Shown here piece after piece: positions 55,523 to 58,177 of a stretch of DNA of 58,177 bases. Within the stretch, counting starts at the first letter, position 1. The number at the start of each line of letters is the position of its first letter. Source of the stretch: Pirellulales bacterium (GTDB lineage Bacteria > Planctomycetota > Planctomycetia > Pirellulales > UBA1268); assembly GCA_040877375.1 (NCBI GenBank), contig JBBDNW010000231.1, forward strand, positions 1 to 58,177, written 5' to 3'. The notes below the pieces were generated by a model that saw only the letters and a list, made by a program, of their open reading frames with translations, was not told the origin of the DNA and searched no databases. Made by a program: the position numbers and the translations under genes.

Positions 55523-56839
55523 TCAAAACTCGCGTCGCACCCCCCCGGAAGATGGATTCGCGGCCCGTGTGCCCGCCGGATCACCGCTGCCGGCTGCCGG
55601 CCCTGCTGGGGGCAGAATCGACATCAGCCATCCACCGGGCCCACCTGCCGGCACGAAGGGGGCGGCTGGAGGCGACAGCATCCACGCGAGTCGATCGAAC
55701 GGAATGCCGGCCGATGGCGGCTGAAGGAGAACCGTGCCATCGACAACCGCCAGTCCGTGAGCGATTGCCGGAGTTGCCGTCATGCCAAGTCGTCCACCAT
55801 CAAGCCGAAGCACGCAACCCGCGGCATCAAACGAGCGCACGGCCTGCCCCGTCGACGCGGCGGCGGGCCCCGGCTTAGAGCCGAGTGCGATCACAAGTCT
55901 GTCGAACAGACTGTTCTCGATCCATCCGGCACCAATGCTGCATTCCGCCGTGAAATCCTCCAGCCGACCGTTCTTCCATGTGAGGCCATCGAAGACGATC
56001 GCGGCCTGCCCCGCGGCCCGCGCCTGCAACGCGACCGTACACCTCGCGAGATCGATGCCCTCGACGCGGCCGTGGGCCGTACCGCTCCACCCCGCCTCGC
56101 CAAGCGTCGCGGCGACTTCACCGCTGGCGACAGCCGCGGGCCCGGCCGCAGCAACGGCGTCGGCAGCGCACCCCGCGAGCGACGCGAGAATCGGCAGCGG
56201 CACTGCGTCGGCCCACTTGGCCTCAAACTCGATGCCCTCCACGGTGTGGCCGCCCTCGTCGGCGACGCTCCGCACGATACGAAACTGTTCATCGACTTCG
56301 GCGTGACGGACGATGCGGACAGCCCGCGAACCGCCCTGGGCAACGCATTCGATGCGGACCATGGTCGACGTGCGGGGCGTGGCGTCGTCGCCTTGCCGCC
56401 CCCCTCTGTCCCAGTCGAAATCGGCGATCTCGATCACGCAGTTGCGGGGATGCCTCGCGTCGCGGCGCAGCCACTCCTGGGCGAGTTCACCAAGCAGCGC
56501 CGCCACTGCGGCGTCGACCCGGACCATGTCGATTCGTAGCCGATCCTCGCCCACGGCCGACTCAAGCTCGACCGAAGGAATCTCCATCACCCGGGCACCG
56601 GTCGGCGTCAGAACGGCGCAGCCCGTTGCGCGAACCATGCCGGGGCGGGGGTGCTCGACCGCGGCGATGACGAGCGGCAGACCGACGACCTGCTGCCACC
56701 GGCTCCTGACAGCCTCCCGATGGGCCGCCGACCGCAGGTGAACCGCCCAGCCGGCAATGGCCGCACATGGCAGCAAGCAACTGAGGAGAAACATAGTTCG
56801 CGCGAACCGGATCCGTCCGGCCGACTTTTCGATGAACAT
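55523..56839 (-). CDS. Hypothetical membrane-anchored protein
   Basis: Track ORF 55523..57022, with the start at MFIEKSAGRIRFARTMFLLSCLLPCAAIAGWAV (ATG 56837-56839). It has an N-terminal TM and an Ala/Gly-rich body. I do not recognise a family. Confidence 0.5.
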   Translation of the reverse strand: MFIEKSAGRIRFARTMFLLSCLLPCAAIAGWAVHLRSAAHREAVRSRWQQVVGLPLVIAAVEHPRPGMVRATGCAVLTPTGARVMEIPSVELESAVGEDRLRIDMVRVDAAVAALLGELAQEWLRRDARHPRNCVIEIADFDWDRGGRQGDDATPRTSTMVRIECVAQGGSRAVRIVRHAEVDEQFRIVRSVADEGGHTVEGIEFEAKWADAVPLPILASLAGCAADAVAAAGPAAVASGEVAATLGEAGWSGTAHGRVEGIDLARCTVALQARAAGQAAIVFDGLTWKNGRLEDFTAECSIGAGWIENSLFDRLVIALGSKPGPAAASTGQAVRSFDAAGCVLRLDGGRLGMTATPAIAHGLAVVDGTVLLQPPSAGIPFDRLAWMLSPPAAPFVPAGGPGGWLMSILPPAGPAAGSGDPAGTRAANPSSGGVRREF

Positions 56840-56874
56840 CCGTGTCTCTCCGGGGCCCGTTCCGTCGGGCTCTT

Positions 56875-58014
56875 TCAGCGGCTCCGCGCCAGGTCGTGAT
56901 AGAGATTCCAGCGGGCCCGCATCTCTTCGACACTGTCGCCACCAAACTTGTCGATCAGGGCCGCCGCCACCTCGAACGCCACGACGCTCTCGACGATCAC
57001 GCTGGCGGCACTCACCGCACACACGTCGCTCCGTTCGTAGGCCGCCTCCTCGGGCTCCTTCGTGCGGAGGTTCACGGAGCCCAGCGGCTTGCGAAGCGTG
57101 CTGATCGGCTTCATCGCGGCGCGGACGACGAGCGGCTGACCGTTGGTGATCCCAGCCTCGAGCCCTCCCGCGTTGTTGGTCGGCCGAGCGAAGCCGAGCG
57201 TTGGACCGCCGCGCGCGGATGCGTCGTACTCGATCGGATCATGCACCTCGGAGCCGCGTCGCCGCGCGGCTTCAAACCCCATCCCGATCTCGACACCCTT
57301 GATCGCCTGCACGGCCATCACGGCCTGCGCGAGCCGACCGTCGAGCTTGCGGTCCCACTGGGCGTGGGTGCCCAGCCCGATCGGCAGGCCATCAACGCGA
57401 ACCTCGACCACGCCGCCGAGCGTGTCGCCCTCCTTGCCAACCTTATCGATGAGAGCGGTAACCTCCGGGTCGCGATCGGGATGGAGCGAGTAGATGGCGC
57501 TCGAATCGCGAACGCAACGCAGGTCGGCGAGCGGCCCTTCGCGGCCTCCGAGCACGACTCCGCCAAGCTCGGTCACCCAGCCGGCGACCTCGATGCCAAA
57601 GAGGGCAAGCAGTTGCTTCGCCAAGCCGCCGGCAGCGACACGGGCCGCCGTTTCGCGGGCACTGGCCCGCTCGAGCACCGCGCGGACTCCGCCCAAATGC
57701 TTGATCGATCCGGCGAGATCCGCATGGCCGGGCCGCGGACGATCGACGTCCTCGAGCCGCTCGAGTTTCGTGTCTTTGTTGATCACCTCGAGGGCGAGAG
57801 GGCTGCCGAGCGTCGTGCCCCGCCACATGCCCGAGAGAAACGTCACCGAGTCTGTCTCGATCCGCTGCCGGCCGCCGCGTCCGTAGCCGCCCTGCCGTCG
57901 CACGAGTTCGTGATCGAGGGCTGCGATGTCGACCGTGAGCCCCGCGGGAAAGCCGTCGACGAGGGCCACGAGCGCGGGGCCATGGGATTCACCGGCGGTC
58001 CAGTAGCGGAGCAT
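56875..58014 (-). CDS. aroC: Chorismate synthase
   Basis: MLRYWTAGESHGPALVALVDGFPAGL...RPGHADL...GRLAQAVMAVQAIKGVEIG...RSDVCAV. Confidence 0.95.
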   Translation of the reverse strand: MLRYWTAGESHGPALVALVDGFPAGLTVDIAALDHELVRRQGGYGRGGRQRIETDSVTFLSGMWRGTTLGSPLALEVINKDTKLERLEDVDRPRPGHADLAGSIKHLGGVRAVLERASARETAARVAAGGLAKQLLALFGIEVAGWVTELGGVVLGGREGPLADLRCVRDSSAIYSLHPDRDPEVTALIDKVGKEGDTLGGVVEVRVDGLPIGLGTHAQWDRKLDGRLAQAVMAVQAIKGVEIGMGFEAARRRGSEVHDPIEYDASARGGPTLGFARPTNNAGGLEAGITNGQPLVVRAAMKPISTLRKPLGSVNLRTKEPEEAAYERSDVCAVSAASVIVESVVAFEVAAALIDKFGGDSVEEMRARWNLYHDLARSR

Positions 58015-58082
58015 GATTGTTGGGAAGGCGTGGCGATGGGGGGACGGATGCGACAGAGTCTAGTTTCGAAACGAAGGCGACC

Positions 58083-58177
58083 CTAGAGCGCATCCGACTT
58101 GGGTGGATCGCCGACCCCCTTGCTCCCGTCAGGAAGCCCCAAGCGCAAGCGCGGGGAATGCGGGTAGCACCCCACAC
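58083..58177 (-). repeat. Intergenic repeat family: C-tail + module D (reverse orientation), cut by the window edge
   Basis: 'gagcgcatccgacttgggtggatcgccgac...cccgtcaggaagccccaagcgcaagcgcggggaatgcgggtagcaccccac' is the reverse complement of the 3961-4025 type sequence. Confidence 0.85.

Overview
This is a visibly GC-rich bacterial chromosomal segment (about two-thirds G+C by eye, not computed). Gene content suggests a Planctomycetota/Pirellulales-like genome: a sulfatase with the CSPSR motif, a PEP-CTERM protein, a BON-domain protein, a stand-alone tRNA-Ile/tRNA-Ala pair and dense intergenic repeats. That taxonomic call is inference only. The window is mostly core housekeeping. It holds a complete F1Fo ATP synthase operon (atpZ-I-B-E-F-H-A-G-D-C) and the aromatic amino acid genes aroC, aroK and a fused aroD/aroE. 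It also holds hisA/hisH, cysE, nadC, uvrB, mutL, pnp, typA, rpsU, rpsO, two tatA paralogs and four tRNAs (Val-CAC, Ile-GAU, Ala-UGC, Gln-CUG). Signalling genes include two histidine kinases, a sigma-54 NtrC-type regulator, a REC-nucleotidyl cyclase, an FHA-GAF-PP2C phosphatase, and an MscS channel with a cNMP-binding domain followed by a class II PDE-like hydrolase. I see no CRISPR array, prophage, transposase or recognisable defence system. Seven things are most worth a second look. (1) An exbB-exbD operon whose third gene has a TonB-like SxxxH membrane anchor and Pro/Ala-rich linker but an alpha/alpha-toroid (prenyltransferase/squalene-cyclase repeat) C-terminal domain instead of a TonB C-terminal domain. 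(2) A GT2-TPR-methyltransferase ORF kept in one frame but broken by two TGA codons, both at likely Trp positions and both in UGA-C context. (3) A perfect 23+23 bp palindrome over the start codon of a DUF4143 AAA+ ATPase, whose gene sits between 81-bp direct repeats next to tRNA-Val. (4) A modular, strictly intergenic repeat family, with at least 16 copies of one core module in 58 kb and tandem arrays. (5) Three 31-bp direct repeats between tRNA-Gln and the REC-cyclase gene. (6) A putative cNMP-gated MscS channel plus phosphodiesterase two-gene operon. (7) His-rich inserts in ATP synthase subunits a and b. All start coordinates were chosen by eye from the ORF track. No database search was possible.
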